Source of the DNA: Parasphingorhabdus sp.
GTDB taxonomy: Bacteria; Pseudomonadota; Alphaproteobacteria; Sphingomonadales; Sphingomonadaceae
Direction: 5' to 3' (one strand)
NCBI RefSeq assembly: GCF_034669745.1
Contig: NZ_JAXMOP010000002.1
Length of the DNA: 64,000 bases
A program made the position numbers and the translations under genes. Shown here one piece after another: positions 35,973 through 46,728 of the stretch (position 1 is its first letter; each line of letters opens with the position of its first letter). The notes below the pieces were generated by a model, which had not been told where the DNA came from, searched no databases, and was given only the letters and a program-made list of their open reading frames with translations.

Positions 35973-37495
35973 AACGGAATATTATCATGCTTCTTCCACG
36001 GGTTCTCCAGCTGCTTGTTCCGCAGTTTCCGTAATCCCAAAGCCACCCGACGCCGGGTCGAATGCGGCAGGATCACTTCGTCGATAAAGCCTTTTTGCGC
36101 CGCGATAAACGGGTTGGCAAAACGCGCTTCATATTGCGCCGTACGCTCGGCAATTTCTTCCGGCGTCTTGCCGCGGAAAATGATCTCCACCGCGCCCTTT
36201 GCGCCCATCACGGCGATTTCGGCGGTCGGCCAGGCATAGTTGAGATCGCCGCGCAGATGCTTGGACGCCATCACGTCATAAGCGCCGCCATAGGCCTTGC
36301 GAGTGATGATGGTGATTTTCGGTACCGTCGCTTCGGCATAGGCAAAGAGCAGCTTCGCGCCGTGTTTGATGATGCCGTTATGCTCCTGTGAGGTGCCGGG
36401 TAGGAAGCCGGGAACGTCGACCAGAGTCACGATTGGGATATTGAACGCATCGCAATAGCGGACAAAGCGCGCCGCTTTCTTGGACGCGTTGATATCCAGG
36501 CAACCGGCGAGCACCATCGGCTGGTTGGCGACGACACCGACGGTCGAGCCTTCCATCCGGCCAAAGCCGCAGATGATATTGCCGGCATGGGCCGGCTGGA
36601 CTTCAAAGAAATCGCCTTCATCAACCATCTTGCGGATGACTTCGTGCATGTCATAAGGCTGGTTGGCGTTATCCGGGATCAATGTGTCGAGGCTTTCCTC
36701 GAGCCGGTCCCACGGATCGGCGGTGGGCCGTTCGGGTACTTCTTCGCGGTTGGAAAGCGGCATGAAGTCGATGAAGTCGCGTGCTGCGAGCAACGCCTCG
36801 ATGTCATTTTCATAAGCGACATCGGCGACGCTGGTCTTGGTCGTATGCGTTACCGCGCCGCCCAGTTCTTCCTGCGTCACGATTTCGTTGGTCACGGTCT
36901 TGACCACATCGGGGCCGGTGACGAACATATAGCTGCTGTCCTTCACCATGAAGATGAAGTCGGTCATCGCTGGCGAATAGACCGCACCGCCAGCGCAGGG
37001 TCCCATGATCAGGCTGAGCTGCGGCACCACACCGCTGGCCAGAACATTGCGTTGAAACACGTCGGCATAACCGCCCAGCGAGGCGACGCCTTCCTGAATC
37101 CGCGCACCGCCACTATCATTGATGCCGATCACCGGAGCGCCAACCTTCATCGCATTGTCGAGCACCTTGCAGATTTTCTCGGCATGGCGCTCGGATAGCG
37201 ACCCGCCAAAGACGGTGAAGTCCTGGGAGAAGACAAAAACCAGGCGGCCGTTGATCGTTCCGGAGCCGGTAACGACACCGTCACCGGGAATATGCTGCTC
37301 GTCCATCCCGAAATCGACGCAATTATGTTCGACATACATGTCGATTTCTTCAAACGAATCTTCGTCGAGCAGGATATCGATCCGCTCGCGTGCGGTCAGC
37401 TTGCCCTTGGCGTGCTGGCTATCGATCCGCTTTTGCCCGCCGCCGAGCATGGCTTCGGCGCGCTTGGCTTCTAATTGTGCGATTATGTCTGACAT
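35969..37495 (-). CDS. pccB: propionyl-CoA carboxylase beta subunit (carboxyltransferase)
   Basis: 508 aa with a typical carboxyltransferase N-terminus ([25 protein letters not shown]) and C-terminal half. Confidence 0.93.
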   Translation of the reverse strand: MSDIIAQLEAKRAEAMLGGGQKRIDSQHAKGKLTARERIDILLDEDSFEEIDMYVEHNCVDFGMDEQHIPGDGVVTGSGTINGRLVFVFSQDFTVFGGSLSERHAEKICKVLDNAMKVGAPVIGINDSGGARIQEGVASLGGYADVFQRNVLASGVVPQLSLIMGPCAGGAVYSPAMTDFIFMVKDSSYMFVTGPDVVKTVTNEIVTQEELGGAVTHTTKTSVADVAYENDIEALLAARDFIDFMPLSNREEVPERPTADPWDRLEESLDTLIPDNANQPYDMHEVIRKMVDEGDFFEVQPAHAGNIICGFGRMEGSTVGVVANQPMVLAGCLDINASKKAARFVRYCDAFNIPIVTLVDVPGFLPGTSQEHNGIIKHGAKLLFAYAEATVPKITIITRKAYGGAYDVMASKHLRGDLNYAWPTAEIAVMGAKGAVEIIFRGKTPEEIAERTAQYEARFANPFIAAQKGFIDEVILPHSTRRRVALGLRKLRNKQLENPWKKHDNIPL

Positions 37496-37623
37496 GCATC
37501 CCCCGGCTGTGAATCACTTGGTGCGATAGGCCCTAGCCAATGCACAGCCGGTTAGGCAATCGTCAATAGTAATTAATCACGCGATTAAACCTGAGCTATG
37601 GCCGAGTATGCCGTAGCGTCAGC

Positions 37624-38973
37624 CTATTTGAACAGGACGAGCTCCTCGGCCATGCTGGGATGCAGCGCGACCGTATCGTCAAATGCCTGTTTGGTCAGGC
37701 CGGCTTTCACCGCAATCGCCGCTGCCTGCAATATTTCCGGCGCGTCCGGGCCGATCATGTGCAATCCCAATATCTTCTCGGTCGGGTGCTCGACGATCAT
37801 CTTGTAGAGACTGCGTTCGGCCCGATCCGCAAACACATTGCGCATCGCCCGGAAATCGGAAGAATAAACTTTGATATTGCCATATTTTTCCCGCGCTTCG
37901 CTCTCCGTCAGGCCGACGGATGCAATCGGTGGCTGAGAGAATACCGCTGACGGGATGTTGTCATAGTCAACGGTGCGCGGATTGCCGCCGAACACCGTAT
38001 CGGCAAAGGCCTGGCCTTCGCGGATCGCGATCGGCGTCAGCTGGACCCGGTCGGTGACATCGCCGACGGCGTAGATACTTTCGACATTGGTCTGGCTATA
38101 TTCATCGACCATGATTGCGTCTCTGCCATTGGTCGCAACACCGGCATGTTCCAGCCCCAAACCGTCAACTTTTGGTCGTCTTCCGGTCGCTGCGAGCACA
38201 ATATCGGCACGAACCGGCACATTTTTGCCGTCCATATACACATCAAGCGCGCCATCTTCCCGCTTCTCGATCTTGTCGAAGGAGCAGTTGAACTTGAAAC
38301 TGATTCCCTTGGCCAGAGATATCTGGATCAGCCGGTCGCGCACGCTTTCATCGTAACCGCGCAGGATGATGTCGGAGCGGTTCACCACCGTAACATCGCT
38401 ACCTAACCCATTGAATATACCAGCAAATTCATTGGCAATATAGCCACCGCCGGCAATGATGATATTTTCGGGCAGCTTCTCCAGATGAAACATGTCGTTG
38501 GAAGTCGACATCAGTTCGCTACCCGGAAAATCCGCCACAGCGGGCCAGGCACCAACCGCGATCAAGATATATTTCGCGGTCACCGTCTTGCCGCTCGCCA
38601 GTTTGATCTCATGCGGTCCAGTCAGCTCTGCGCGCTCGAGAATGATCTCAACCCCATGATTTTTAAGGGTTTCGGTATAGGCATTGTTCAGCCGGTCGAC
38701 GTCCTTGAGGACATGGTCGCGCAGTCTCGCCCAGTCAAATTTGGCATTGTCCCAGGTCCAGCCAAAATTCTTGCCATCTTCCAGCTCTTCCGAGAAATGC
38801 GAGCCGTAAACCAGCAGCTTCTTCGGGACGCAGCCGCGAATGACGCAGGTGCCACCAACCCGATATTCCTCGGCCACAGCAACTTTTGCACCATAGGATG
38901 CCGAAACCCGGGCGGCACGTGTTCCGCCGGAACCTGCTCCGATAACGAACAGGTCATAATCAAACTCAGCCAT
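37624..38973 (-). CDS. gor: glutathione-disulfide reductase
   Basis: The likely start is [21 protein letters not shown] at 38973. The redox-active GGTCVIRGCVPKK and the C-terminal HPSMAEE are present. Confidence 0.9.
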   Translation of the reverse strand: MAEFDYDLFVIGAGSGGTRAARVSASYGAKVAVAEEYRVGGTCVIRGCVPKKLLVYGSHFSEELEDGKNFGWTWDNAKFDWARLRDHVLKDVDRLNNAYTETLKNHGVEIILERAELTGPHEIKLASGKTVTAKYILIAVGAWPAVADFPGSELMSTSNDMFHLEKLPENIIIAGGGYIANEFAGIFNGLGSDVTVVNRSDIILRGYDESVRDRLIQISLAKGISFKFNCSFDKIEKREDGALDVYMDGKNVPVRADIVLAATGRRPKVDGLGLEHAGVATNGRDAIMVDEYSQTNVESIYAVGDVTDRVQLTPIAIREGQAFADTVFGGNPRTVDYDNIPSAVFSQPPIASVGLTESEAREKYGNIKVYSSDFRAMRNVFADRAERSLYKMIVEHPTEKILGLHMIGPDAPEILQAAAIAVKAGLTKQAFDDTVALHPSMAEELVLFK

Positions 38974-38989
38974 CTGTAATTCCTTGTTG

Positions 38990-40489
38990 TCAGGCTCCAA
39001 AGGCCCGCCTTTTCAATTCTTCGGTCGATGCGTCCAATCGGTTACCATCCTCGGCCGCCAGCTTGTTCGCCATTTGCTTGCCAAGCTCGACCCCAAATTG
39101 ATCGAATGGATTGATGTTCAGCAAAACCGCATTCACAAAAGTACGATGCTCGTAAAAAGCCAGCAGCGCACCCAGTGAACGTGCTTCCAATTCTTCCAAT
39201 AATATGGTGACCGATGGTCTGTCACCCTGATAGTTTCGATGACTGTCATCGGATTTTTTGCCCGCCATCAATGCCGCACCCTGAGCGAAGCAATTCAGCA
39301 GCAGGCCATTATGATGAGCGGGACTGAGGGAATCTCCCGGTTCGATAACCGCGAGAAATTCGACCGGCACCAGATGGCTTCCCTGATGGAGCAGCTGGAA
39401 AACGGCGTGCTGCGCATCGGTTCCGACACCGCCCCAGACGATCGGGCTCGAATTAAGCGACAGCGGTTCACCGTCGACCGTCACGGACTTACCGTTGCTC
39501 TCCATCTCCAGTTGCTGGAGATAGTCGGGAAGCAGACCCAGGCGTTCGTCATAGGCAAAGACAGCCCTCGTCTCGCATCCGCGAACCTGAGCATAATATT
39601 GATCGGCAAAGGCAGCGAGGACGGGAATATTCTGGTCCCACGGAGCCGCTTGAAAATGCTCGTCCATTGCAGCGGCGCCAGCCAGTAAATCAGCAAAAAC
39701 ATCATGGCCCAGCGCGAGAGCAACGCTGAACCCGATCGAGGACCATAAGGAATAGCGTCCGCCAACCGTCTCGGAAAACGGCAAGATCCGAGTTTCATCA
39801 ACACCCCATTGCACAGCCTGTTCCGGATCAGCGGTCAGTGCGACGACTTGCCCCAGTGGATCGACAACCCCCTGCTCCCGCATCCAGTCGAGTACCGATT
39901 GGGCGTTCAGCAAGGTTTCTGCGGTGGTGAATGTCTTTGAGGCAATGACCAGCAGCGTCTTTTCAGCTGTGAAACGCTCCAATACCGGCTCAAGCGCGGT
40001 GCCGTCGATATTCGACACGACCGCCAGTTCATATTTTTCATCTCCAAGCTTCAGTGCCTGATGCAGCATTTTCGGACCCAGCGCCGAGCCGCCGATGCCA
40101 AGATGAATGATCTGGGTGAATTCGCCGAGAGCGCCAGAGTCGATAATCTCGATCAGGCTTTTCATGCGCCGGTGCAGCGCCTGTGCATTGTCGACACTCG
40201 CCGGATCGCCAGTGCCGCGTTCGGCGCAATGTTCTGCTGCCCGACCTTCGCTGATATTGACTGGCTCGCCCGATAGCAGCGCGTTCATTTTAGCTGGCAG
40301 TCCGACATCACCGGCAAGTTCTTGAAAGGCCTGGATCGCCTGTTGATTCAGATGTGTTTTCGACAAGTCAAAATAAATACCCGACTGCTCCAGGCCCAGA
40401 TACTTCAATCGATCGGCATCTTCCTCGAACAGCTGGTTTAGCGATACCTGCGGAAGCGCCTTGATAGTCCGCCAATGGTCTGAAGTCAT
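38990..40489 (-). CDS. pgi: glucose-6-phosphate isomerase
   Basis: The track ORF extends to 40570; the likely start is M28 (MTSDHWRTIKAL...). PGI motifs are present: IGIGGSALGP and FDQFGVELGK. Confidence 0.9.
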   Translation of the reverse strand: MTSDHWRTIKALPQVSLNQLFEEDADRLKYLGLEQSGIYFDLSKTHLNQQAIQAFQELAGDVGLPAKMNALLSGEPVNISEGRAAEHCAERGTGDPASVDNAQALHRRMKSLIEIIDSGALGEFTQIIHLGIGGSALGPKMLHQALKLGDEKYELAVVSNIDGTALEPVLERFTAEKTLLVIASKTFTTAETLLNAQSVLDWMREQGVVDPLGQVVALTADPEQAVQWGVDETRILPFSETVGGRYSLWSSIGFSVALALGHDVFADLLAGAAAMDEHFQAAPWDQNIPVLAAFADQYYAQVRGCETRAVFAYDERLGLLPDYLQQLEMESNGKSVTVDGEPLSLNSSPIVWGGVGTDAQHAVFQLLHQGSHLVPVEFLAVIEPGDSLSPAHHNGLLLNCFAQGAALMAGKKSDDSHRNYQGDRPSVTILLEELEARSLGALLAFYEHRTFVNAVLLNINPFDQFGVELGKQMANKLAAEDGNRLDASTEELKRRAFGA

Positions 40490-40641
40490 TCTATCATCCG
40501 ATCTTGAAAGTCTGAATTGCGCGGCCCCGTTGACTGGCTCTGCCCTATCTGCCGGACAGTCGTGTCTCAAGTTGAAAATCGCCGCGATCAGGAGTTAGCA
40601 AGAAATCTTGACGCCAAAGCCATTGTCAGCGAAGGGGCGCC

Positions 40642-41445
40642 ATGACGCGAAACAAAGCAGAACGATCGGAAACCCGCGACTTTGTCGCGTTCCTTGTAAA
40701 ACTGGCTCTATTCATACTGATATTGCGCAGTTTCATTTTCTCGCCATTTAATATTCCCTCGGAATCGATGCAACCGCGACTGGTCGTCGGGGACTATTTG
40801 CTGGTCGCCAAATGGCCCTTTGGTTTCTCGCAATACAGCCTGCCGTTCAGCGCTCCCCTGATCCCCGGACGCATATTGCCGCATTCGCCAGAACCGGGGG
40901 ATGTGGTGGTGTTCAAGGCTCCTCCAAACGCCCATGACGATTATATCAAGCGGGTGATCGGACTGTCTGGCGACATCATTCAAGTCACCAATGGGATAGT
41001 CTCGATCAACGGCACACCGGTCGAAAAGAAAAGAATCGACGATTTCGAACTTCCTGTAACGCCGAATAGCCCCTGCTACCGTTCCGAATTTGAATCGACG
41101 TCTCAAAATGGTGGCACGATCTGCCGCTATCCGCAGTTTCAGGAAACGCTGCCCAATGGTGTTACGTATCGCGTCCTGGACGTTGACCAGAATTCCGAAG
41201 GCGATAACACGCAAGCTTTTGTGGTACCGGAAGGGCATATGTTTTTGATGGGTGACAATCGCGACCGCAGCGCCGACAGCCGCTTCCCTGCTCAGGAAGG
41301 TCAGGCCATTGGCATGGTGCCCGAGGAAAATCTGGTTGGCAAAGCGCTAATTTCCGTATTCTCGACCGATGGATCGGCTGAATGGATCAAACCATGGACG
41401 TGGTTTACCGCTGCGCGCTGGGACCGCATTGGAGAAGGATTTTGA
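40642..41445 (+). CDS. lepB: signal peptidase I
   Basis: 267 aa with the catalytic IPSESMQP Ser region plus VFKAP..YIKRVIGL and GDNRDRSADSR. Confidence 0.9.
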   Translation: MTRNKAERSETRDFVAFLVKLALFILILRSFIFSPFNIPSESMQPRLVVGDYLLVAKWPFGFSQYSLPFSAPLIPGRILPHSPEPGDVVVFKAPPNAHDDYIKRVIGLSGDIIQVTNGIVSINGTPVEKKRIDDFELPVTPNSPCYRSEFESTSQNGGTICRYPQFQETLPNGVTYRVLDVDQNSEGDNTQAFVVPEGHMFLMGDNRDRSADSRFPAQEGQAIGMVPEENLVGKALISVFSTDGSAEWIKPWTWFTAARWDRIGEGF

Positions 41446-42110
41446 ACCGCCCGGACTTTCTGGAATGGATCGCCGAGATCACAGCCGAACAGCCTGTGAC
41501 ACCCGAGCTTTACATAAGAGCAGCAACCCACGGCAGCCATGGAGAAGAAGATTATCAGCGCCTGGAATTCCTCGGCGACCGGGTGCTGGGACTGGTAATC
41601 GCAGATCATCTCTACCATCAATTCCCGCAGGAGCCGGAAGGGCAATTATCGCAACGGCTCAACGGTCTGGTATCAGGCCCGGTGTGTGGCGATGTCGCCA
41701 AGCATATCGGTGTTGGCAATCATATCCTGCTGGGTAAGCAAGCGCGCGACGATGGCGCCCGGCACAGTGTGAAAGTTCTGGGCGATGTCATGGAATCCCT
41801 GATCGGCGCGGTCTATCTCGATCACGGCATGGAGGCGGCTCGCAATTTCATTCTACGTCATTGGGAAAGCCGGGTGTCGGCAACAGTTGCCGATATCCGG
41901 CATCCAAAATCCGCCTTGCAGGAGTGGGCCGCTGCCAATAATCGCAAGGTTCCGGCCTATGAATTGATTGAAAAAAGTGGCCCTCATCACGATCTGAAAT
42001 TCACCGTTCGGGTGAGTGTCAGCAATATTGGCGAGGTTGAAGCAACGGCTTCCGCCATTCAGGCAGCCGAGACCGAAGCGGCAAAGAAATTTCTGGAAAA
42101 ATTCACATGA
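41442..42110 (+). CDS. rnc: ribonuclease III
   Basis: The track ORF starts at 41382 inside lepB. An in-frame TTG at 41442 overlaps the lepB stop (TTGA). The RNase III signature QRLEFLGDRVL and a C-terminal dsRBD are present. Confidence 0.88.
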   Translation: MNRPDFLEWIAEITAEQPVTPELYIRAATHGSHGEEDYQRLEFLGDRVLGLVIADHLYHQFPQEPEGQLSQRLNGLVSGPVCGDVAKHIGVGNHILLGKQARDDGARHSVKVLGDVMESLIGAVYLDHGMEAARNFILRHWESRVSATVADIRHPKSALQEWAAANNRKVPAYELIEKSGPHHDLKFTVRVSVSNIGEVEATASAIQAAETEAAKKFLEKFT

Positions 42111-43000
42111 CACAAAAATGCGGCGTAGTGGCATTGATTGGCGCCCCCAATGCCGGCAAATCAACCCTGATCAACGCGCTTGTCGGACAGAAAGTCGCGA
42201 TCACCAGTTCCAAACCGCAAACCACCAGAACGCGGCTATTGGGTATCGCGATTGAGGCTGATACCCAGCTTCTGCTGGTGGACACGCCGGGGATATTCGA
42301 ACCGCACCGTCGCCTGGACCGCGCGATGGTGTCCGCGGCCTGGGAAGGCGCGGAAGATGCCGATATTATCGTGATGCTGGTCGATGCGAGAGCGGGACTC
42401 GGTACGAAGGTCACCTCGATAGTCGAACGGATCAAGCATCGGTCAGAGAAGACCATATTGGTGATGAACAAGGTTGATATTGCCGCGAAGGACAAGATGC
42501 TCGGTCATGTCGTCAAGCTGCACGAGCAAGCCGATTTCGACGAAACCTTTTTTGTCAGCGCCAAAACCGGTGACGGACTGGAAGAACTGAGAGCCTATCT
42601 GACGCAGGCGATGCCCGAAGGGCCGTGGCATTTCCCCGCCGATCAAGTGTCAGATGCCAGCGAGCGGATTCTTGCTGCGGAAATTACGCGCGAGCAGGTG
42701 TTCCGGCAGTTGCATGCGGAATTGCCTTACGCGACTGCAATCGCGATGGAACAATATAAGGAGCGACCCGATGGCTCGCTCGAAATTCATCAGCAGATCC
42801 TCGTCGAAAAGGCCAGCCAGAAAGCCATCATCCTTGGCAAGGGTGGTCATCAGATCAAGGAAATCGGCGCCAAAGCCCGTGCTGAACTGTCCGGAATTTT
42901 GGGAAAGCCGGTTCATCTTTATCTGCATGTCAAAGTCAGTGCCAATTGGGATGAAGACAGAAGTCTCTATCAGGATATGGGTCTGGATTGGGTTAAATAG
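42107..43000 (+). CDS. era: GTPase Era
   Basis: 297 aa with G1 (GAPNAGKST), G3 (DTPG), G4 (NKVD) and a C-terminal KH domain. Its start overlaps the rnc stop. Confidence 0.93.
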   Translation: MTQKCGVVALIGAPNAGKSTLINALVGQKVAITSSKPQTTRTRLLGIAIEADTQLLLVDTPGIFEPHRRLDRAMVSAAWEGAEDADIIVMLVDARAGLGTKVTSIVERIKHRSEKTILVMNKVDIAAKDKMLGHVVKLHEQADFDETFFVSAKTGDGLEELRAYLTQAMPEGPWHFPADQVSDASERILAAEITREQVFRQLHAELPYATAIAMEQYKERPDGSLEIHQQILVEKASQKAIILGKGGHQIKEIGAKARAELSGILGKPVHLYLHVKVSANWDEDRSLYQDMGLDWVK

Positions 43001-43174
43001 CTGAAACTGTCAGGTTTTTGGCCACGATCATCGCTACCGATAGGTAGTATACCGGATAGGCGAAAACCGTGCTTGCGAATATTCGGGACTGGAAAGGCGG
43101 TGGACTGGGCTGATTTACGGACCTTGCCCCACGCGCATTTGACTCAATGAACCAATCGCAACAAAGGACCATCT

Positions 43175-43423
43175 ATGAGCCACGTCTTGCACGATCTCCA
43201 TGCCGAATTTCCGGACCACAGCGACATTCTGCACGAACTGAAAGTTTCGGATCGACATTTCCGGACCCTTGCCGACCGGTATCACGATATTAACAAGGAA
43301 ATTCACCGCATTGAATCGGAAGTCGAAGCCGCTTCCGACGAACGGAGCGAGGACTTGAAAAAGCAGCGCCTGCATATTCTGGACGAAATCGCTGCGATGA
43401 TTTCCAAAGCAAAAGCGGCCTGA
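43175..43423 (+). CDS. DUF465 (YdcH-like) small protein
   Basis: 82 aa with the L..L...D.HF..L...YH.....I..IE pattern typical of DUF465. Confidence 0.7.
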   Translation: MSHVLHDLHAEFPDHSDILHELKVSDRHFRTLADRYHDINKEIHRIESEVEAASDERSEDLKKQRLHILDEIAAMISKAKAA

Positions 43424-43442
43424 ACAAGAAATCGGATCAAGA

Positions 43443-43474
43443 AAGAGTGAGGTTCAGCAACCTCACTCTTTTTA
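43443..43474. terminator. bidirectional rho-independent terminator between the DUF465 gene and topA
   Basis: AAGAGTGAGG-ttcagcaa-CCTCACTCTT forms a 10-bp stem. It is followed by TTTTA on the plus strand and preceded by an A-rich run, which gives a U-tract on the minus strand. Confidence 0.65.
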
Positions 43475-43486
43475 TCCACAGCAAGC

Positions 43487-46081
43487 CTATTCGGCTTTGG
43501 CTTTCGTGGGCGCCTTCTTGGCCGCAGGCTTCTTTTTGGCAGCAGGCTTTTTCTTCGCCGCCGGCTTTTTCTTGGCAGCCGGTTTTTTCTTGGGGGCCGC
43601 TTTTTTCGCCCGCTTTTTTGCCGGGCCTTTGGCTGCGCGGTCATCGATCAGCTGAGCTGCTTCTTCCAAAGTCAGCTGATCCTTGTCGACTGTTTTTGGC
43701 AAAGACGCATTGGTGGTGCCATCGGTAACATAGGGGCCATAGCGGCCATCCATCAGTTTGATCTCGGACTCGGTGCGCGGGTGATTGCCCATGATCTTGA
43801 GCGGTTCCATCTTGCCACGACCACGACCACCACCATTTTTTGCCGCATCCGCCAGCTTGGCAACCGCTGCGTTCATGCCGATTTCGAACACTTCCTGAGT
43901 ATTTTCCAGCCGTGCAGAGCTGCCATTGTGGCTCAGATAGGGACCATAGCGGCCGATTTGTGCCATCACGGGCTCGCTGGTTTCCGGATGGATACCGACT
44001 TCACGAGGCAATGACAGCAATTTTACAGCCCATTCGAGACCGAAATCTTCTGCCGGAATATCCTTGGGGATTGACGAGCGCTTGGCTTCCTTGCCTTCGC
44101 CTTTTTCGACATAAGGTCCAAAGCGCCCCACTTTTTTGGTAATTTTTTCATCGCTGTCCGGATCGACACCCAGTTCCTGCGGTCCCTCATCCTCGTCAGC
44201 ATTGGCGCCACCACCCTGCGCAAAACGCCGGGTGAATTTGCATTCGGGATAGTTGGAGCAAGCGACAAAAGCGCCGAAGCGGCCACCGCGGAGGGCGAGC
44301 TTGCCTTCGTTGCACCGCGGACAAAGCCGGGGATCACTGCCATCTTCCTTTTCCGGAAAAAGATAAGGCTCCAGGAATGTATCCAGTTCCGCCGTAACTT
44401 CTGACGGCAATTTTTCCATCACTTCGACGGTCTTCGGCTTGAAGTCATGCCAGAATGCTTCGAGAATGGCCTGCCATTGCGCGCGGCCACCGCTGACTTC
44501 GTCGAGTTCATCCTCGAGCCCGGCGGTATAGTCATAAGCTACATAACGATCGAAAAAACGCTCGAGAAATCCCGTCAGCAACCGTCCGCTCTCCTCTGCG
44601 AAGAACCGGTTTTTTTCTATCCGGACATAGGCGCGGTCTTTCAGCGTCTTGATGATCGAGGCATAGGTAGATGGTCGGCCGATACCCAATTCTTCCATCT
44701 TCTTGACCAGACTGGCTTCGCTGTAGCGCGGCGGTGGCTGGGTAAAATGCTGGGTCGCATCAACGGCTTTCTTGGCCGGGCTGTCGCCCTTGGACATGGC
44801 CGGTAGCAGACCACCATCTTCGTCCTTGTCGTCATCCCGGCCTTCTTCGTATAGCGCCAGGAATCCTGGGAATTTCACAACCTGTCCATTCGCTCTCAGG
44901 CCCGTTTTGCCGGTCCCATCAAGCATTTCAACGGTGGTTCGTTCGAGGCGGGCCGAAGCCATCTGGCTGGCCATCGCCCGCTTCAGAATGAGATCATAGA
45001 GCTTGGCATGATCGCCACTGCCGACGCTCCGTTTCGTGAAACTGGTCGGGCGGATCGCTTCATGCGCTTCCTGCGCGTTCTTTGCCTTGGTCTTGTAGAT
45101 GCGCGGGCTGTCCGGGACATAGCTTGCGTCATAGCGATCAGCGATCGCCTTGCGCGCAGCCGAAATCGCGCTGCCATCCATTTGCACGCCGTCGGTCCGC
45201 ATGTAAGTAATCGCGCCATCTTCATAAAGTTGCTGAGCAATGCGCATCGTGTGACTGGCTGAATAGCCAAGCTTGCGCGCCGCTTCCTGTTGCAGCGTCG
45301 AAGTCGTGAATGGCGGTGGTGGATTGCGGGTCAGCGGTTTGGTTTCGATCGATTCAATAGTGAACAGCCCGTTTTCAACCGCAGTTTTGGCCAGCATCGC
45401 CTGATCTTCGTTGGCCAGATCCATTTTGCCGAGTTTTTTCCCGTCGTGAATCGTTAGTCGCGCCTCAAAGGCCTGGCCGCCCTGCTCCATTTGGGCCGTA
45501 ACCGACCAATATTCCTGCGGCCTGAACGCTTCGATTTCTCGTTCCCGCTCGACGATCAGCCGCAGCGAGACCGATTGCACTCGCCCTGCGGATTTAGCGC
45601 CGGGAAGCTTGCGCCACAACACCGGTGACAAAGTAAATCCGACCAGATAGTCCAGCGCCCGCCTTGCACGATAAGCGTCGATCAGATCATCATCCAGCGC
45701 GCGCGGGTGCGCCATCGCCTCGGTCACCGCCGCCTTGGTAATCGCATTGAAGGTCACCCGGTCTACGATATCGGGCAGCGCCTTCTTGTTCCGTAACACT
45801 TCCTGTACGTGCCAGCTGATTGCTTCCCCTTCCCGGTCAGGGTCGGTCGCGAGGATCAGTCGTGTGGCTTTTTTCGATTCGGCAGTAATCTCTTTGAGCT
45901 GTTTTGCCTTGTCGGCATAATTCTGCCAGGTCATGGCAAAACCATCCTCCGGATCGACCGAACCATCTTTCGGTGGAAGGTCGCGAATATGGCCGTAGGA
46001 TGCCAAGACCTTGAAATCCGATCCGAGATATTTTTCAATGGTTTTGGCTTTGGCGGGTGACTCAACAATAACTAGCTGCAT
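43487..46081 (-). CDS. topA: DNA topoisomerase I
   Basis: 864 aa with a Toprim N-terminus (LVIVESPAKAKTIEKYLG), the catalytic Tyr region, C-terminal Zn-ribbon motifs (CPRCNEGKL...CSNYPEC) and a Lys/Ala/Pro repeat tail. Confidence 0.95.
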   Translation of the reverse strand: MQLVIVESPAKAKTIEKYLGSDFKVLASYGHIRDLPPKDGSVDPEDGFAMTWQNYADKAKQLKEITAESKKATRLILATDPDREGEAISWHVQEVLRNKKALPDIVDRVTFNAITKAAVTEAMAHPRALDDDLIDAYRARRALDYLVGFTLSPVLWRKLPGAKSAGRVQSVSLRLIVEREREIEAFRPQEYWSVTAQMEQGGQAFEARLTIHDGKKLGKMDLANEDQAMLAKTAVENGLFTIESIETKPLTRNPPPPFTTSTLQQEAARKLGYSASHTMRIAQQLYEDGAITYMRTDGVQMDGSAISAARKAIADRYDASYVPDSPRIYKTKAKNAQEAHEAIRPTSFTKRSVGSGDHAKLYDLILKRAMASQMASARLERTTVEMLDGTGKTGLRANGQVVKFPGFLALYEEGRDDDKDEDGGLLPAMSKGDSPAKKAVDATQHFTQPPPRYSEASLVKKMEELGIGRPSTYASIIKTLKDRAYVRIEKNRFFAEESGRLLTGFLERFFDRYVAYDYTAGLEDELDEVSGGRAQWQAILEAFWHDFKPKTVEVMEKLPSEVTAELDTFLEPYLFPEKEDGSDPRLCPRCNEGKLALRGGRFGAFVACSNYPECKFTRRFAQGGGANADEDEGPQELGVDPDSDEKITKKVGRFGPYVEKGEGKEAKRSSIPKDIPAEDFGLEWAVKLLSLPREVGIHPETSEPVMAQIGRYGPYLSHNGSSARLENTQEVFEIGMNAAVAKLADAAKNGGGRGRGKMEPLKIMGNHPRTESEIKLMDGRYGPYVTDGTTNASLPKTVDKDQLTLEEAAQLIDDRAAKGPAKKRAKKAAPKKKPAAKKKPAAKKKPAAKKKPAAKKAPTKAKAE

Positions 46082-46143
46082 ATGTTCCGATTTTCATTTT
46101 TCTCACGTATACGCGCGAGGCTGTGGCAGGGATTGGGGGTAGG

Positions 46144-46728
46144 TCAAGTTTTTTCACGTTCAAACTTAGTGAGCCGAATGTAAATAAGCGGAAAGACGAT
46201 CCACGGCACCATGATCGCGAAACTGGCCAAACTTTCAAAAATAGTCATGTATATTAGTGGGTCGACCAGTTCGAAAGAAACAAAACCGAAAGCAACAGCA
46301 GCTCCAAATAGCGCAAAAATCGGCAGCAAAATTAATAGCAGATCAACAAATTTGCCATCGGTAAGCTTCCAGCTTTCTTCAATGCTGTCCGCAATGCTTT
46401 TATCACCGGCAATCATCGCAGGCACAGCCAAAGACCATCGCAAGGCGATATAGATGCCAGGAAAAATGAAGCAGACAAAACGTAATCCGACTGCCAAAAA
46501 ATAGACAATCTGAATGCCAAACAGCCCGGCAAGCCGATTGCTATCGGTTTCGGACCAATTCAGATCTGCATAAACCATCGGAACAGTGTTGATCAGGAAA
46601 ACGAGACAGAGCAGCGGGATCATCGCCTTTGAATGGATCGCCGCGTCATGATATACGCGGCTAAATGCCATTTCGGCTGATTTTACCTCCGGCATGTCTC
46701 GTGATCTTTCCGGCAAGTTCGAATTCAA
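46144..46728 (-). CDS. hypothetical polytopic membrane protein
   Basis: 194 aa from the ATG at 46728, which overlaps the dprA 3' end by 68 nt. Internal Met codons at 46695, 46671 and 46623 are alternative starts. It has 4-5 hydrophobic segments, is visibly AT-rich, and belongs to no family I recognise. Confidence 0.5.
   Translation of the reverse strand: MNSNLPERSRDMPEVKSAEMAFSRVYHDAAIHSKAMIPLLCLVFLINTVPMVYADLNWSETDSNRLAGLFGIQIVYFLAVGLRFVCFIFPGIYIALRWSLAVPAMIAGDKSIADSIEESWKLTDGKFVDLLLILLPIFALFGAAVAFGFVSFELVDPLIYMTIFESLASFAIMVPWIVFPLIYIRLTKFEREKT

Noticed and set aside
37573-37588. TTAATC-N4-GATTAA inverted repeat about 85 nt upstream of pccB, as a possible operator
   Set aside because: A 6+6 inverted repeat is expected many times by chance in 64 kb. 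It does not resemble the only propionyl-CoA carboxylase regulator site I remember (TTTGCAAA repeats for PccR), and no regulator gene is adjacent.
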